Part shown: piece after piece, positions 39,395 through 54,200 of the stretch
How the letters are laid out: the number at the start of each line of letters is the position of its first letter
Numbering within the stretch: the stretch's first letter is position 1
NCBI GenBank assembly: GCA_964016885.1
Contig: OZ024743.1
Span: forward strand, 72,292,001 to 72,356,000
From: Eledone cirrhosa
Taxonomy: Eukaryota
Length of the DNA: 64,000 nt
Direction: 5' to 3'
The notes under the pieces: generated by a model
Told to the model about the DNA's origin: nothing
The model's database searches: none
What the model saw: the letters and a program-made list of their open reading frames with translations, nothing else
Made by a program: the position numbers and the translations under genes

Positions 39395-42300
39395 ATAGAG
39401 GTGCGACACACAAGTTGTGATATACTAGTAAAAGGGAAAGGAAAATGCTGACAAATTTTTCCTAGTGAAAAATAGTGTAATAGGAATAAGTATAAATTAG
39501 TAATAAGTATTAGTTGTACATAAAAGCAAATTATTAAGTAAGGCATGCAAGGAAGCCACACACTTAGTCATCAATGTGCCCTCACCTAATGATCTCAAAT
39601 TAAGACCTATCATAGCAGGCCCCGCTTGCGAAATCCACCGCCTTAGGAACTTCATTGATACCCTTCTCAAGCCTTTTCTCAAACACATTAAAAGCTACAT
39701 AGGGGACGACCTAGATATGCTCAATCACCTCCCTAATATATCCCTTACTGATCAAACCCTTCTAGTGACGTTCGATGTAGTTAACCTATGCTCCAACATC
39801 CCCCACAACCTAGGAATAGAAGCTATACAATTTTGGTTGGATAATTACCACAATGAACTCCCACAACGCATCAAAAAAGAATTCGTAATAGAAGGACTCA
39901 AATTTATCTTGGAGAATAATTACTTCGTTTTCTATAACACATTCTACAGGCAGAAATCTGGGACCGCTATGGGAACGAAAACGGCCCACACTTATGCCAA
40001 CCTAGTCATGGGATACTTGGAAATCACCCTCTACACTAAAGTATTAAACAAATTTGGAAACACTCTCCACTTACACATAGAAAAGAAAATAACTGGAAGA
40101 GATATCTAGATGACTGCTTCATCCTTTGGCACGAAAACCTCGATAAACTTAAAGAATTTCACACCCTTATAAATGGGCTCAACACGAATATAAATTTTAC
40201 AATGCAATACAGCCATCAACAACTTCCCTTCCTCGACATCCTTATTAAGATTCAAAACAAAAATATAGAAACAGACATATACTACAAGTCACAATTTCCA
40301 GGCAATATATTCATTTCAATTCATGCCACCCTAGACACGTTAAACTTAATATTCCCGACAACTTAGCCAAGAGAATATGTACTATAGTTTCCAATAAAAA
40401 CACCTGTTACTTACGCCTACAAGAACTAAAGGACACACTCATAAGCAGTGACAACCCTGCATCCCTAATTGACAATGGAATCCAAAGGGCCCTAAAACTC
40501 ATTACCCAGGACCTTAGACACCCTAAAGTTAATCAACCTAAACTAAAAGTTATTTCATACATCTCCACACACAACCTCCTCAACAATGAGGCCTTTGACA
40601 CAATCCTCCAGAAGAACATCGCTGTATTAAAAAAGGACCATAGAATGAACCAAATCCTTCGAACACACGATATCATAAAGATAAAAAGACAATTTAAGTC
40701 AATGAAAGACATCCTAACACATGCCAAAGTACTGCAAACCACAACAACGAAATCCACAGTAAAAAAAATGCGATAGACCCAACAGTGGTATATGCATCAA
40801 CCTAATAGAGCGTTCGGAATTCTATTTCAAACATGGACAACGTTTTATAGCAAAACACAATTTCACATGCGCATTAGAAAACCTAATATGTATGAACTTG
40901 CTCAGGTTGTCGAGAACAATATATAGGCCAGACTAAAAATAGCCTCCGCCAACGTATGACTGTCCATAGATCCCAAATCAAAATACGGGAATACAAAAAA
41001 ATAGCACTGAGTGAACACATTGATACCAGTGCCACCCAAAATCATCCCAACTTTATAATCTTTCCCATCCACAAATTTAAAGATAATGCCACCCACACCC
41101 AGCGCATCAGCAAGGAATCTCAATTTATAAACAAATACAGAGCCCGTCTAAACACTTCTTCCTAAGACGAACCCACAACATACACACGTTGACATACATA
41201 CTTACATCAGCATACATCCTACATACATTTCTATCCACATATAAATACAAATATATACAAATTCGCATACCTTTGGATTTTTATAGATATACACGTGCCG
41301 ACACGCACACATACACATACGCACACATGTACTGCACATTGATGGGTGCATACATATTTGTACACAAGTATCCCATACGGCAGGGCCTAATGGATTCCCC
41401 TTGTCGTACGTACAATCTGGACTCACACAGGCCTTGTTGTTATGACAATACTATACATTTCACCTCTTTAATTATTGATGTTATTGATGTTCGTTTGAGA
41501 GAATCGTTGTTGCAAATGACTTAAAATATCGAATAATGTACACCATTTTTACTAGTATCACGAAAATACTGGTCCATCCACACGCACACACACGCATGCA
41601 CCCGCGAACATGGACATACAGACAGACATACACACACTTCTCCGTATAAGACAAGAGCTGAAAAATATGTTTCAACATGTTAAAATACCCCCCACCCCCC
41701 ACCCCACCCACACACACACACGCGTACAGACACATTCCTACTGACCGATTCATTTCCGTTATCACAACAATGAATCACTTTGCTACATACGCACACACAT
41801 ATTTGTCTTAACAGACACCTGAATTGTTGACCTATCATCATGACTGCAACTCAATCAAGCGGAAAAGGACACTCATCGACAAACCTACATTTGGCGCGAA
41901 ACCAGTTCGCGCTAAAATCAATTTAAACATTCACGTGACTTCTACCGACCAATCAAAATTGTTTTGACTACATAAATTTTTACAACACGAATTGGCGCGA
42001 AATTTATAGTGCTTATTCATGTGACATTCAACAAACAACCAAATCTTAATACCCCCAAGCCACTTTTTTCACATAAAACAGGAATAATTTCCCAAACTGA
42101 TCAGATTAGAGCAAAAATCACGAGCACTCTATATCAAAATTATTTTTGAAAAGTATAAGAAATGCGCAAACGGTAAAACCTTAAAACTAAAACTGAATAT
42201 TAACTAATACTTATTACTAATTTATACTTATTCCTAATTAAAATATTTTTCACTGGGAAACATTTGTCATCATTTTCTTTTCCTTTTTACTAATATATAT
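39395..42300 (+). mobile_element. Neptune-like PLE (family E): inverted pLTR piece about 39420-39515, degenerate RT-GIY-YIG about 39560-41165, long 3' region
   Basis: LRPIIAGP, FDVVNLCSNIP, GTAMGTKTAHTYANLVMG, RYLDD, LPFLD, YIGQT...R...H in broken frames. 39420-39515 mirrors 42200-42297. Degenerate HHR at about 42093-42148. Confidence 0.85.
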
Positions 42301-45300
42301 ACATATATAAATATATATATATATATATTATATACGTCAATACTCATCTTTTTCCATTTCTTTGAGGGTCATAAATCCTCATTATCAGGCTAAAATGTCT
42401 GTAGTTAAAAGTACGGCAAAAGGCTATATGTCTAATTTCAAACTCGCTCGGTGTTTCAAAACAAAGTCACCTATCATATATATATGTAAGAATATTTTCG
42501 AAACAGCGAGTGGGTTTGAAATTATTAGAAATGTAAGCTATCGCCGTATTTTGACTAAAGAAATTAAAGAAATTATTTAGCAGATAGTGGGGTTCTAAAT
42601 AATTTATTTAATTTCTTTAGTCAAAATACGGCAATAGCTTACATTTCTAATAATATATATATATATATATATATATAAAATAAAGTTAAATAAAAGTCAA
42701 ATGATTAACATTTAGCTTCGTTTATAACTGCTATATATATATTTCAGTGGGAGCCATCTTTGGCTGTGACCTCTTCAGGCAATTTGAATTAGTATGGTAT
42801 AGACAAGTACATATGTTGTTTAGGTGTATAATATTGTCAATACTCTGATATGCCCAGTTCCTTGTTGGGTTGTTAATTCACTGAGGAACTGGAGTCATAT
42901 GAATTCAACGCAGCTCTAAAGAAGGCGGCACATGGACAAAATATAACATATAGTCCGAAAAGCCGGGAGGTGGATAGCCCAACAGACACCCACAACCGCG
43001 TTGCCAGAAGGGAGAGGGCGAACCCTAACAGTACAGGCAGAGCAGAATCAAACAGGCACCATGTACCAGACACCACCACACGGGCGGTGGGGACTAGTGC
43101 GCTTGACCACGAGATGGAGCACAATATGAGTAGCAGTCTCAGGCGTGACGCTAACCATCCCAGGACGGACGACCCCAACCGCAGGACACGTGGGGGGGGA
43201 ACGTGCGACCACCCCACGATGGATCTCCCGGGACGGACAACGACCACCCCACAAATCCGGGCTGCGAAGATAACAAAAAGCATAGAGCACAAAGGGGAAG
43301 CAGCAGTGCGGAAACCACCAGCAACCCAACAAATCTCCAACAAATCACGAAGCCCCGACCCACACATATAGGAGGAGACACCGACAAATCACGTGGTACA
43401 ACCCATCCTACTCAGCGGCCCTAAAGAAAAGCTTGGCCTGATTATTCTTTGGAGCACTTGACAAATGCTTCCCGAGGGACCACAGATACCACAGGATCTT
43501 CAACAGACACACTGTGAAGCTTTCGTATTCCACTAAGAGAAATTTGGCCCAACACATAGCTAGCATCAACAGAAGTAGGCTTAAAAACCACACACATCCA
43601 GAAGATGACAATACAAACACTCAGCAGAACCATGTGAAAGGAGGGAAGGGGGGACCCAGAGCCCACCCAAGAAACACAAACAGACCCGAGGACCCCCCAC
43701 CGAGCATGGGGGAAGACCAACATGTAACACATAACGGGAACCCTAATCTAGGCACGCAGAGGCCGACCACCCTCTGCAACTGCAGAAACCCCGAATCATG
43801 CCCCCTTGGTAATGAATGCCTCAAGAAGAACCTAGTGTACGGTTGTAGGGTTAAAACCCCCAACTCCGAACACCTCTACATAGTAGCCACATCAACGAGC
43901 TTTAAGGACCGCTGGAACAACCATCGCCATTCATTCAAGAAGGAGGCCAAAATGAAAAGCACAGCTCTCTCCGACCTGATCTGGAAGCTTAAGCTGAACC
44001 GGACCCCATACTCTATGGCCTGGTACATAATCAGGAAAGTACCACCCGATAAAGGGGGATCTTGCATATGCAAACTATGCCTGAACGAGACCCTCGAGAT
44101 ACTAAGAGGTGGAAGCGGCCTGATAAACCTCAGAACCGACTTCTTCGGGACATGCAGACACCTTAGAGCCGGGACCTTTCTCAAGATATATGGACAGTAG
44201 CAACACAAGAAGATGTGAACTCCCCTCAAGCTATAGGGACTTCTACAGAACATGAAATCACCTCTCGGCCAGAAGTCCCTCAAGCTATATGGACAATAAC
44301 AACACCCTAGGTTGTGAACTCCCCTCAAGCCACAGGGAACTACCCAGGCGGAGCAGACACCACGATAGCCTAGAGATAGAATCGGACACAGCCATAATAA
44401 TTTGGCCATCATCTATAACACAAACACTATTAATTTACCAGATTTCTGACTTTCAAGTTCCAATCTTAAATCTTGATTTCTCTTTATTAATTTGTTATTT
44501 GTTTTCTGCCCTCTTCACTGTATCACCTTATATTTATTTTAAGTTGAGATAGATTATAACACAAACACATTTAGTTTGAATATCTCATCTTAACATCTTG
44601 TCTCATACCAATCTATCCAACATATTCTGACCTTGAGATTGGTTATAGCACACACACACACACTTTATCCTACATTATTTCTCACTTCTCCATATACATT
44701 TTCATTACTTTTTCACCAATCTCTCATTTATTCTTTATTCTTTATTCTCTATTTATTTATTTATTTTCAAATTACACAAATTATATTAATTATTTTATTA
44801 TATTATTTATTTATTTTCTGTTTTCTTCATTTATTGCCTTGTATTTCTTCATATGAATGGAAGAACCCCACCACCACCACCACCACTACGATGGTGGCAG
44901 GAGGGATGAAGAAAAAACACAAACTGGATACTTCTAAATTGTTAGCAGCAGCAAGATATAAGCTGACCACTACACCAACAACAGTACCAAAATAATGGTG
45001 GAGGTCAAAATGTACTGAACAATAGCATGCAAAAACACTACAGGGAGCCTCACCCAGAAAGAATTCTATAGACTTCTGACTGAGGAATGCTCTCAGAACT
45101 GACCAATGGGAAGTTTGACACTTTTTTTGTTATTTTGTTCCTTTAACACCTTGTCCCTTCTAACATTTTATCAATGTTTAAGCTAACTCCAACAATAACA
45201 ACACTTAGAATGAGGAATGTTCTAATAACTGACCAATGAGAGGAGAAGGGGACCTTTGACACTGAAATTCATTTGTTTGAATTCATATGACTCCAGTTCC

Positions 45301-45401
45301 TCAGTGAATTAACAACCCAACAAGGAACTGGGCATATCAGAGTATTGACAATATTATACACCTAAACAGCATATGTACTTGTCTATACCATACTAATTCA
45401 A

Positions 45402-45456
45402 ACTGCCTGAAGAGGTCACAGCCAAAGATGGCTGTCACTGAAATATATATAGCAGT
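45402..45456 (+). ncRNA. Family B hammerhead with a (TA)4 stem III (copies at 49552-49606 plus with GAAA mutated, 42727-42782 minus, 57511-57565 minus)
   Basis: ACTGC-CTGAAGA-GGTCACAGCCA AAGA TGGCTGTCACT-GAAA-TATATA-TA-GCAGT, then AATAAA. Confidence 0.85.
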
Positions 45457-45658
45457 AATAAACGAAGCTAAATTTTAATCATTTGACTTTTATTTAACTT
45501 TATTTTTCACTACTCCGGAGTAACCAAATCAACCTGCGCATTTCGTCGTGTGCTCCAGCCTGCATACTGAGGTGTTGGTATACAACCAACATAAACTCAA
45601 AATCTATCTAGCTCCCACACGGTTTGAGCGCTTCAAACAGTAGCGGACCGAAGTCACT

Positions 45659-48328
45659 ATGGATAAACTGGCAACCTTAGCGTCACTGAAGAACATCCCC
45701 CTACCTGATAAACGAGAATACACCAGTTATCTTATCAAGAGTACGGACTCCCTCATCCGTAGGATGAGATGGAAGGCGTTCCACTTCGAAAGAGGAACGC
45801 AGAAAACTACCAACACACAAAACATGGAGTACCTTTTTCGATCAAGGAGGAATCCCCCCCCCCCACAACAGACTAATGGAGGAGTTTGAAAACGAGATGA
45901 TTAACACCATATCCAACCTCAAATTCTCCGGAAATCCAACCAGAAGTCAGGAGTACCTCAGACACCTGAGAAACCGGATTACAGTACTTAAAGGGACAAC
46001 TGGAATACTTGTCCATGCTGACAAAACAGACAACCTCGACAACATGAACACTGAACTGTACAATAAGATAATCCTCAGGGAACTGAGGAAGTGCTACAAA
46101 AAACACCTGGATTTAACCTGGATGAGATCAATGCCACAGTTTACAGGATCATATCCAGAATCGGCATAGAGGATAGGACGGCCCCATACCAACCAAGGGA
46201 GCCACGGATTACCCTTAAAGACCACAAGCCAAATTTTGAGTCCGACCTCCCTGTCAGACTAATAGCCCTCTCCAGATCTGACCATGGGATCGTCAGTAAA
46301 AGAATACTGGATAGGATTTTGCAAAAGCTTCGGAAGAAAACCAAATTACAGCAATGGTCATGCACGAGAGAAGTAATAGAATGGTTCAAAATACTGCATG
46401 AGAAAAGTAGGACCAGCTTTATACAACTGGACATCGCAAGCTACTACTCCTCAATCTCACCCATAGTACTTAATAAGGCCCTATTTTTAGCGATGTCCAA
46501 TACGGACCTAACCCGAGAGGAGGTGAGCATCATCCACGCCGCAAGAAAGACCTTAATCCGCTCCGATGGAGACATTTGGACCAGGAGTGATTGGCCAAAT
46601 AACTTTGACATCACGATGGGCTCCAGCGACTCAGCGCAGGTAACGGACCTGGTTGGGCTCTACCTGCTGAAGCAGATAAAAGATGAAATCCCCTGCCTGG
46701 GCGGCGGATTATATCGTGACGATGTTCTATTCACAGTACATGACCGCAGCACCAATATGTTGGAGGGTATGAGGAGGCGTATTCGCCATTTCTTTAAGAA
46801 CCAGGGGCTCAGCATAGAAATAGACCCAAATAGGAAGGTAGTTAACTTCCAAGACACCACCCTAAACCTGAACACCGAGCAATACTACTCCTACCACAAG
46901 CCCAACGAGAAACTCGTATAAGTTAACGCCAAATCAAACCACCCTAGATCCATAACCAAGGCAGTGGTGAAGAGTGTCTCGGACAGGATCTCCAGCCTGT
47001 CCGCAAGTAAGGAAATATTCAACAACCACGCGGAATATTACAACGCAGCTCTAAAGAAGGCGGCACATGGACAAAATATAACATATAGTCCGAAAAGCCG
47101 GGAGGTGGATAGCCCAACAGACACCCACAACCGCGTTGCCAGAGGGGGGAGGGCGAACACTAACAATACAGGCAGAGCAGAAGCAAATAGGAACCATGTA
47201 TCAGACACCACCACACGGGCGGTGGGGACTAGTGCGCTTGACCACGAGATGGAGCACAATTTGAGTAGCAGTCTCAGGCGTGACGCTAACCATCCCAGGA
47301 CTGACGACCCCAACCGCAGGACACGTGGGGGGGGGGACCACCCCACGATGGATCTCCCGGGGCGGACAACGACCACCCCACAAATCCGGGCTGCGAAGAT
47401 AACAAAAAGCATAGAGCACAAAGGGGAAGCAGCAGTGCGGAAACCACCAGCAACCCAACAAATCTCCAACAAATCACGAAGCCCCGACCCACACATATAG
47501 AAGGAGACACCGACAAATCACGTGGTACTACCCACCCTACTCAGCGGCCCTAAAGAAAAGCTTGGCCCGATTATTCTTTGGAGCACTTGACAAATGCTTT
47601 CCGAGGAACCACAGATACCACAGGATCTTCAACAGACACACTGTGAAGCTTTCGTATTCCACCACGAGAAATTTGGCCCAACACATAGCTAGCATCAACA
47701 GAAGTAGGCTTAAAAACCACACACAACCAGAAGATGGTAATACAAACAATCAGCAGAATCATGTGAAAGGAGGGAAGGGGGGACCCAGAGCCCACCCAAG
47801 AAACACAAACAGACCCGAGGACCACCACCGAGCATGGGGGAAGACCAATATGTAACACATAACGGGAACCCTAATCTAGGCACGCAGAGGCCGACCACCC
47901 TCTGCAACTGCAGAAATCCCGAAATATGCCCCCTTGATAATGAATGCCTCAAGAAGAACCTAGTGTACGGTTGTAGGGTTAAAACCCCCAACTCCGAACA
48001 CCTATACATAGGAGCCACATCAACGAGCTTTAAGGACCGCTGGTACAACCATCGCCATTCATTCAAGAAGGAGGCCAAAAGGAAAAGCACAGCTCTCTCC
48101 GACCTGATGTGGAAGCTTAAGCTTGACAGGACCCCATACTCTCTGGCCTGGTAGATAATAAGGAAAGTACCACCCGATAAAGGGAGATCTTGCATATGCA
48201 AACTATGCCTGAACGAGACCCTCGAGATACTAAGAGGTGGAAGCGGCCTGATAAACCTCAGAACCGACTTCTTCGGGACATGCAGACACCTTAGAGCCGG
48301 GACCTTTCTCAAGATATATGGACAGTAG
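45659..48328 (+). pseudogene. Full-length Naiad-like RT plus GIY-YIG ORF, disrupted by stops and frameshifts
   Basis: SLKNIP..IRRMRWKA, HADKT, RITLKDHKPNF, FIQLDIASYYSSI, FDITMGSSDSAQVTDLVG, GLYRDD, CNCRNPEICPL..EC, VY...YIGAT..FKDRW.NH, CKLCLNE...CRH. Confidence 0.92.
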
Positions 48329-49747
48329 CAACACAAGAAGATGTGATATCCCCTCAAGCTATAGGGACTTCTACAGAACATGAAAACACCTCTCGGCCAG
48401 ACCTCCCTCAAGCTATATGGACAATAACAACACCCTAGGTTGTGAACTCCCCTCAAGCCACAGGGAACAACCCAGGCGGAGCAGACACCATGATAGCCTA
48501 TAGATAGAATCGGACACAGCCATAATAATTTGGCCAACATTTATAACACAAACACTATTAATTTACCAGATTTCTGACTTTCAAGTTCCAATCTTAAATC
48601 TTGATTTCTCTTTATTAATTTGTTATTTGTTTTCTGCCCTCTTCACTGTATCACCTTATATTTATTTTAAGTTGAGATAGATTATAACACAAACACATTT
48701 AGTTTGAATATCTCATCTTAACATCTTGTCTCATACCAATCTATCCATCATATTCTGACCTTGAGATTGGTTATAGCACACACACACACACTTTATCCTA
48801 CATTATTTCTCACTTCTCCATATTCATTTTCATTACTTTTTCACCAATCTCTCATTTATTCTTTATTCTTTATTCTCTATTTATTTATTTTCAAATTACA
48901 CAAATTATATTAATTATTTTATTATATTATTTATTTAGTTTCTGTTTTCTTCATTTATTGCCTTGTATTTCTTCATATGAATGGAAGAACCCCCCCCCCC
49001 CCCCCCCACCACCACCACCACCACCACCACCACCACTACGATGGTGGCAGGAGGGATGAAGAAAAAACACAAACTGGATACTTCTAAATTGTTAGCAGCA
49101 TCAAGATATAAGCTGACCACTACACCAACAACAGTACCAAAATAATTGTGGAGGTCAAATTATACTGAACAATAGCAGGCAAAAACACTACAGGGAGCCT
49201 CACCCAGAAAGAATTCTATAGACTTCTGACTGAGGAATGCTCTCAGAACTGACCAATGGGAAGTTTGACACTTTTTTTATTATTTTGTTCCTTTAACACC
49301 TTGTCCCTTCTAACATTTTATCAATTTTTAAGCTAACTCCAACAATAACAACACTTAGAATGAGGAATGTTCTAATAACTGACCAATGAGAGGAGAAGGG
49401 GACCTTTGACACTGAAATTCGTTTGTTTGAATTCCTATGACTCCAGTTCCTCAGTGAATTAACAACTCAACAAGGAACTGGGCATATCAGAGTATTGACA
49501 ATATTATACACCTAAACAGCATATGTACTTGTCTATACCATACTAATTCAAACTGCCTGAAGAGGTCACAGCTAAAGATGGCTGTCACTAAAATATATCT
49601 AGCAGTAATAAACGGAGCTAAATTTTAATCATTTGACTTTTATTTAACTTTATTTTACACTACTCCGGATTAACCAAACCAACCTGCGCATTTCGTCGAG
49701 TGCTCCAGCCTGCATACTGAGGTGTTGGTATACAACCAACATAAAGT

Positions 49748-49791
<44 letters not shown>

Positions 49792-49795
<4 letters not shown>

Positions 49796-51223
49796 TTGCG
49801 AGGTTTTTTATATGAAATCGTGTGTCAAAACAAATATTGTTATACTTGGGGAGGGTCATATTTGTGTAATATTGCCAGAATTAATAAAAGAACACACTCA
49901 CTGTTTGGTTGGTTTTCGCTATTCGCTTCTGTTCTTTTATATCGGTAATCTAATTTATGCGGTTCTAAATGTTGCTATTGACTGACCAACGGTCAAAAAT
50001 AATACAGATACAATATAGACACAAACACATATATATAGTTTATCAAATTTCTTTCGTTGCACATCTGCAACATCGTCAGTGGTGCCATAGATTCCTCCCG
50101 TTGCATTGTATTTCTACGCCATCTTTATTTAGTCTGTTTATATATTTATTTATTTATTTGTTTGTTTGTTTATTTTATTTTGTCTTATTTGCGCATGCGT
50201 TTGGGTGTGTGTATAGTGTTTTGTTTGATGTGTGTTCGTTATTGGGTGGCTGTGTATTGGTTAATGTGTTCTATGTTTACTAGTGTGTGTTTATATGTGT
50301 TTGTTGTTATTGTGCTTGTCTACGTATTTATTTATTTATTTATCTATTTATTTATACTTATCTTAGGTCAGTATTGTTTGTTTGGGTGTTGTTGTTATTC
50401 CATTCATTCTTTCTGTTTAGTCTTGGCCTTCTAAGTTCTATTTCACTGGCCTCTCTGATTTGCCTATCTGCTGGGTCATTTCTATGTTTAGATATTATTC
50501 TAATGTCTATGTTGTCTATGTTACCTTCGTGTTGTTGTCTGGCATGTTCGTATAGTACTGACCCGTTTTTCGTCCTTTTAGTTCCCCCCAGTGTTGGTCT
50601 ACCCTTTCACCTATTCTACAAGCTGTTTCGCCTATGTATGTTGTTGTCATGTTTCTGCAAGTACCCTCTGTACATCTTATGCTATAGACTACGTTTCTAG
50701 TATTACAGTTTATCCGGGGGTTTACCTTACATATGATACACTTCCTATTAGTACAGTGGGTTTTCTTAAAAGGGCAGGTTTTGCTGATCAGGGATTTTAT
50801 GGTGGTTCCTGGCTTTTCTACCACCTTAATCTTTAAGTGGGTCTTTCTCAGGGCCTTTCTACACTGGTTAGGTAATTTCCCTCCAGGGGTAGCATCCACA
50901 AACATGACACTCTGGTATCTGTGGTCGTCGTACCATGAGGTGGCTTTCCCTATCTTATGTCTAGCCCTATCTAAGCTATTCCAGGATTTGCTCCTGTATA
51001 ATGGGCAAATTCCTTTCATGTCCAGTTCTATGAGGGTCTTATACTTCCCCATGGCTCCTTCGTATACTCTGACTTTGACTCTTTGGTTGTAGCCAGAGAA
51101 CTGCGTGCGGTTGATGAAATGTTTGATGTGTCTTCCCATTTCTGTTGGGTCGCACACGCGGGACACATTCTTCATCACTCGTACCAAATCTGCGATCAGA
51201 ATATTAAACTTAGCACTACTGGA
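49792..51223 (-). mobile_element. PLE family A, copy 4 (3' portion, inverted partner of copy 5)
   Basis: Reverse complement of about 53070-54445, plus an extra terminal segment of about 45 bp. Confidence 0.92.
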
Positions 51224-54200
51224 CCACAGTAGTAATAACGGTAACAATACGAACAACAACAACAACAACAACAGTGGAAATAATGGAAATAATACATGTA
51301 GCAACATTAATGATAGACACAACAAAAACAAGAAACATGATAAAAGTAACAACCACAATGGTAGAAATAACAGTAACAACAACAATAACGTTGAAGTAAA
51401 CAACAATCACAGCAGCAACAATACATCTAGCAAGCATAATAATAATAATGCTAATGATAGGAACAACAACAACCACCATAATAACAATAATAGCAACACA
51501 CACAACTATGACGATAGATATAATGACAACACCCTAGAGAAACTATTTTTCAACCCAGCTGACAAAATATATAACATGGGTAATATCTATCCTACGAGGT
51601 TACCCTTTAATACAAGAGTTTGCATACCACAACAAATAGATGACGAGACAGAGGCACAGCTCACCATAGCTAGAAATAAGATTAGACAAATAGTAGACCG
51701 GTATACTAAGAGAAAGAGCAGACCAGAGGCCCAACAACTTGGGAGGAAACCTGTAGAAGGCTTGGTTAGCCTCAAGCAGCGCACAAGGGATGGTGAGGTA
51801 GTATGTCTACCCACGGATAAGTCGGGTAGGATGTCAATAGATAGCATGCCGAACTACATCAAGGCTATGCAACTCCACATCACCAACACGAGCGAAATTG
51901 CACAGCAAACACATGATGGAAGAGAGAAAATCCTCAACGCTCACATGATGATGTCGACTGACATCCTAAAGCCAAGCAGACGCACTGCCAACAACTTCCA
52001 GGCGTCTAACAATGGCATACCACACTTGTATCGGCTCCGCAAATACCACAAGACAGTCGACGACCCGACAGCAGTACCACCAACAAGACCCGTATGCGGA
52101 GCTAATATAGCTAACAACGACAGGATCTCCTACTTCCTCTCAATGGTTATACGCCCCATAATTAAGATGTCCCCAGATGTATGTGACAGTACGGAGGACC
52201 TCCTCAGCAGAATCAGTGAGTGCAACAACAACAAAAACAGGAACCTATCCAACTGCATAATAGGCAGCATGGATGTGGTATCACTGTACCCATCTATTAA
52301 CATAGATTTTGCTGTGGAAAAATGTGTGGAGATGATCAATGAGAGTGAGGTGGAGTTCTGCGACGTCGACACAGACGAACTGGGCCTCCTACTTAGACTT
52401 ACCTCCGACACTGACTACCTAGACAGCCATGACCTTAGACGTTTCTGCCCTAGAGGACCCATAAGAGGTAGACCTCCACCATAACCTCCATGGCAAAAAT
52501 GACTCCCATAGAAAGGTGGATTGGGTGGACCAAAGCTATACGGACCCCTCAAAACAATTATCAGGTAAGAAAAATGGTCGCACATGCAATAGGGGCTAGT
52601 ATCAAAACTACCCTAAAGGGCCACATATTCAAGTTCAACGAGAAGATCTACACCCAAAATGAGGGAGCAGCCATTGGCGTCAGCATAGCTGGTGATGTTG
52701 CCAACCTTTTTATGGTATGGTGGGAAAGGAGACTTAAAGATCTCCTTAATGATAGCTCCATAGACCTCATCATGTACTCTCGTTACGTAGACGATATCAA
52801 TATAGTTATAAGAGCATCCCCACTAGAGAGCACTAACAAGTTTGATTTAGGACGTAGCACAATGGAAAACATCCAGCAGATAGCTAATTCCATACACCAG
52901 AGTATAACTGTAACTATCGACTACCCTTCCAAACACCATAACAATAGACTACCTGTATTAGACACGGAACTCTGGATTAACACTATAGACGAGAGAGCCC
53001 AAATTCTTCACTCACACTATGCTAAACCCATGGCCTCCAAATACCTGATACTCAAAAACTCAGCAATGTCCAGTAGTGCTAAGTTTAATATTCTGATCGC
53101 AGATTTGGTACGAGTGATGAAGAATGTGTCCCGCATGTGCGATCCAACAGAAATGGAAATACACATCAAACACTCACTTCATCAACCGCATGCAGTTCTC
53201 TGGCTACAACCAAAGAGACAGAGTCAGATTATACGAAGGAGCCATGGGAAGTATAAGACCCTCATAGATCTGGACATGAAAGGAATTTGCCCATTATACA
53301 GGAGCAAATCATGGAATAGCTTAGATAGGGCTAGACATTAGATAGGGAAAGCCACCTCATGGCATGACAACCAGAGATACCAGAGTGCCATGTTTGTGGA
53401 TGCTACCCCTGGAGGGAAATTAGCTAACCAGTGTAGAAAGGCCCCGAGAAAGACCCACTTAAAGATTAAGGTGGTAGAAAGGCCAGGAACCACCATAAAA
53501 TCCCTGATCAGCAAAACCTACCCTTTTAAGAAAACCCACTGTACTAATAGGAAGTGTATCATATGTAAGGTAAACCCCCGGATAAACTGTAAAACTAGAA
53601 ACGTAGTCTATAGCATAAGATGTACAGAGGGTATTTGCAGAAACATGACAACAACATACATAGGCGAAACAGTTCGTAGCATAGGGGAAATGATAGACCA
53701 ACACAGGGGGGAACTAAAAGGACGAAAAAACGGGTCAGTACTATACGAACATGCCAGACAACAACACGATGGTAACATAGACAACATAGAATTTAGAATA
53801 ATATCTAAACATAGGAATGACCTATCAGATAGGCAAATGAGAGAGGCCAGTGAAATAGAACTTAGAAGGCCAAGACTAAACAGAAAGAATGAATGGAATA
53901 ACAACACTGACCTAAGAGAAGTATAAATAAGTAGATAAATAAATAAATAAATAAATACATACACAAGCACAATAACAACCAATACATATAAACACACACT
54001 AGTAAACACAGAACACATTAACCAATACACAGTCACCCAATCACGAACACACATCAAACAAAACACTATACACACACGCAAACGCATGCGCAAATAAGAC
54101 AAATTAAATAAACAAACAAACAAATAAATAAATAAATATATAAACAGACTAAATAAAGATGGCGTAGAAATACAATGCAACGGGAGGAATCTATAGCACC

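Larger units (their letters stand above)
42678..49750 (+). mobile_element. Naiad-like PLE family B: inverted pLTR (42678-42908), partial copy (42906-45600) and full-length copy in tandem (to 49750)
   Basis: 42906-45600 repeats 47041-49750; 42678-42908 mirrors about 45278-45506; (TA)n on both sides. Confidence 0.93.

Noticed and set aside
45610-45632. GGTTTGAG upstream of the ORF as a spliced-leader remnant
   Set aside because: The match to the end of nematode SL1 is too short and is not repeated in other families.
50516-51406. Signal-peptide-like N-terminus fused to a GIY-YIG domain
   Set aside because: An artefact of reading across the inversion junction at about 51222.
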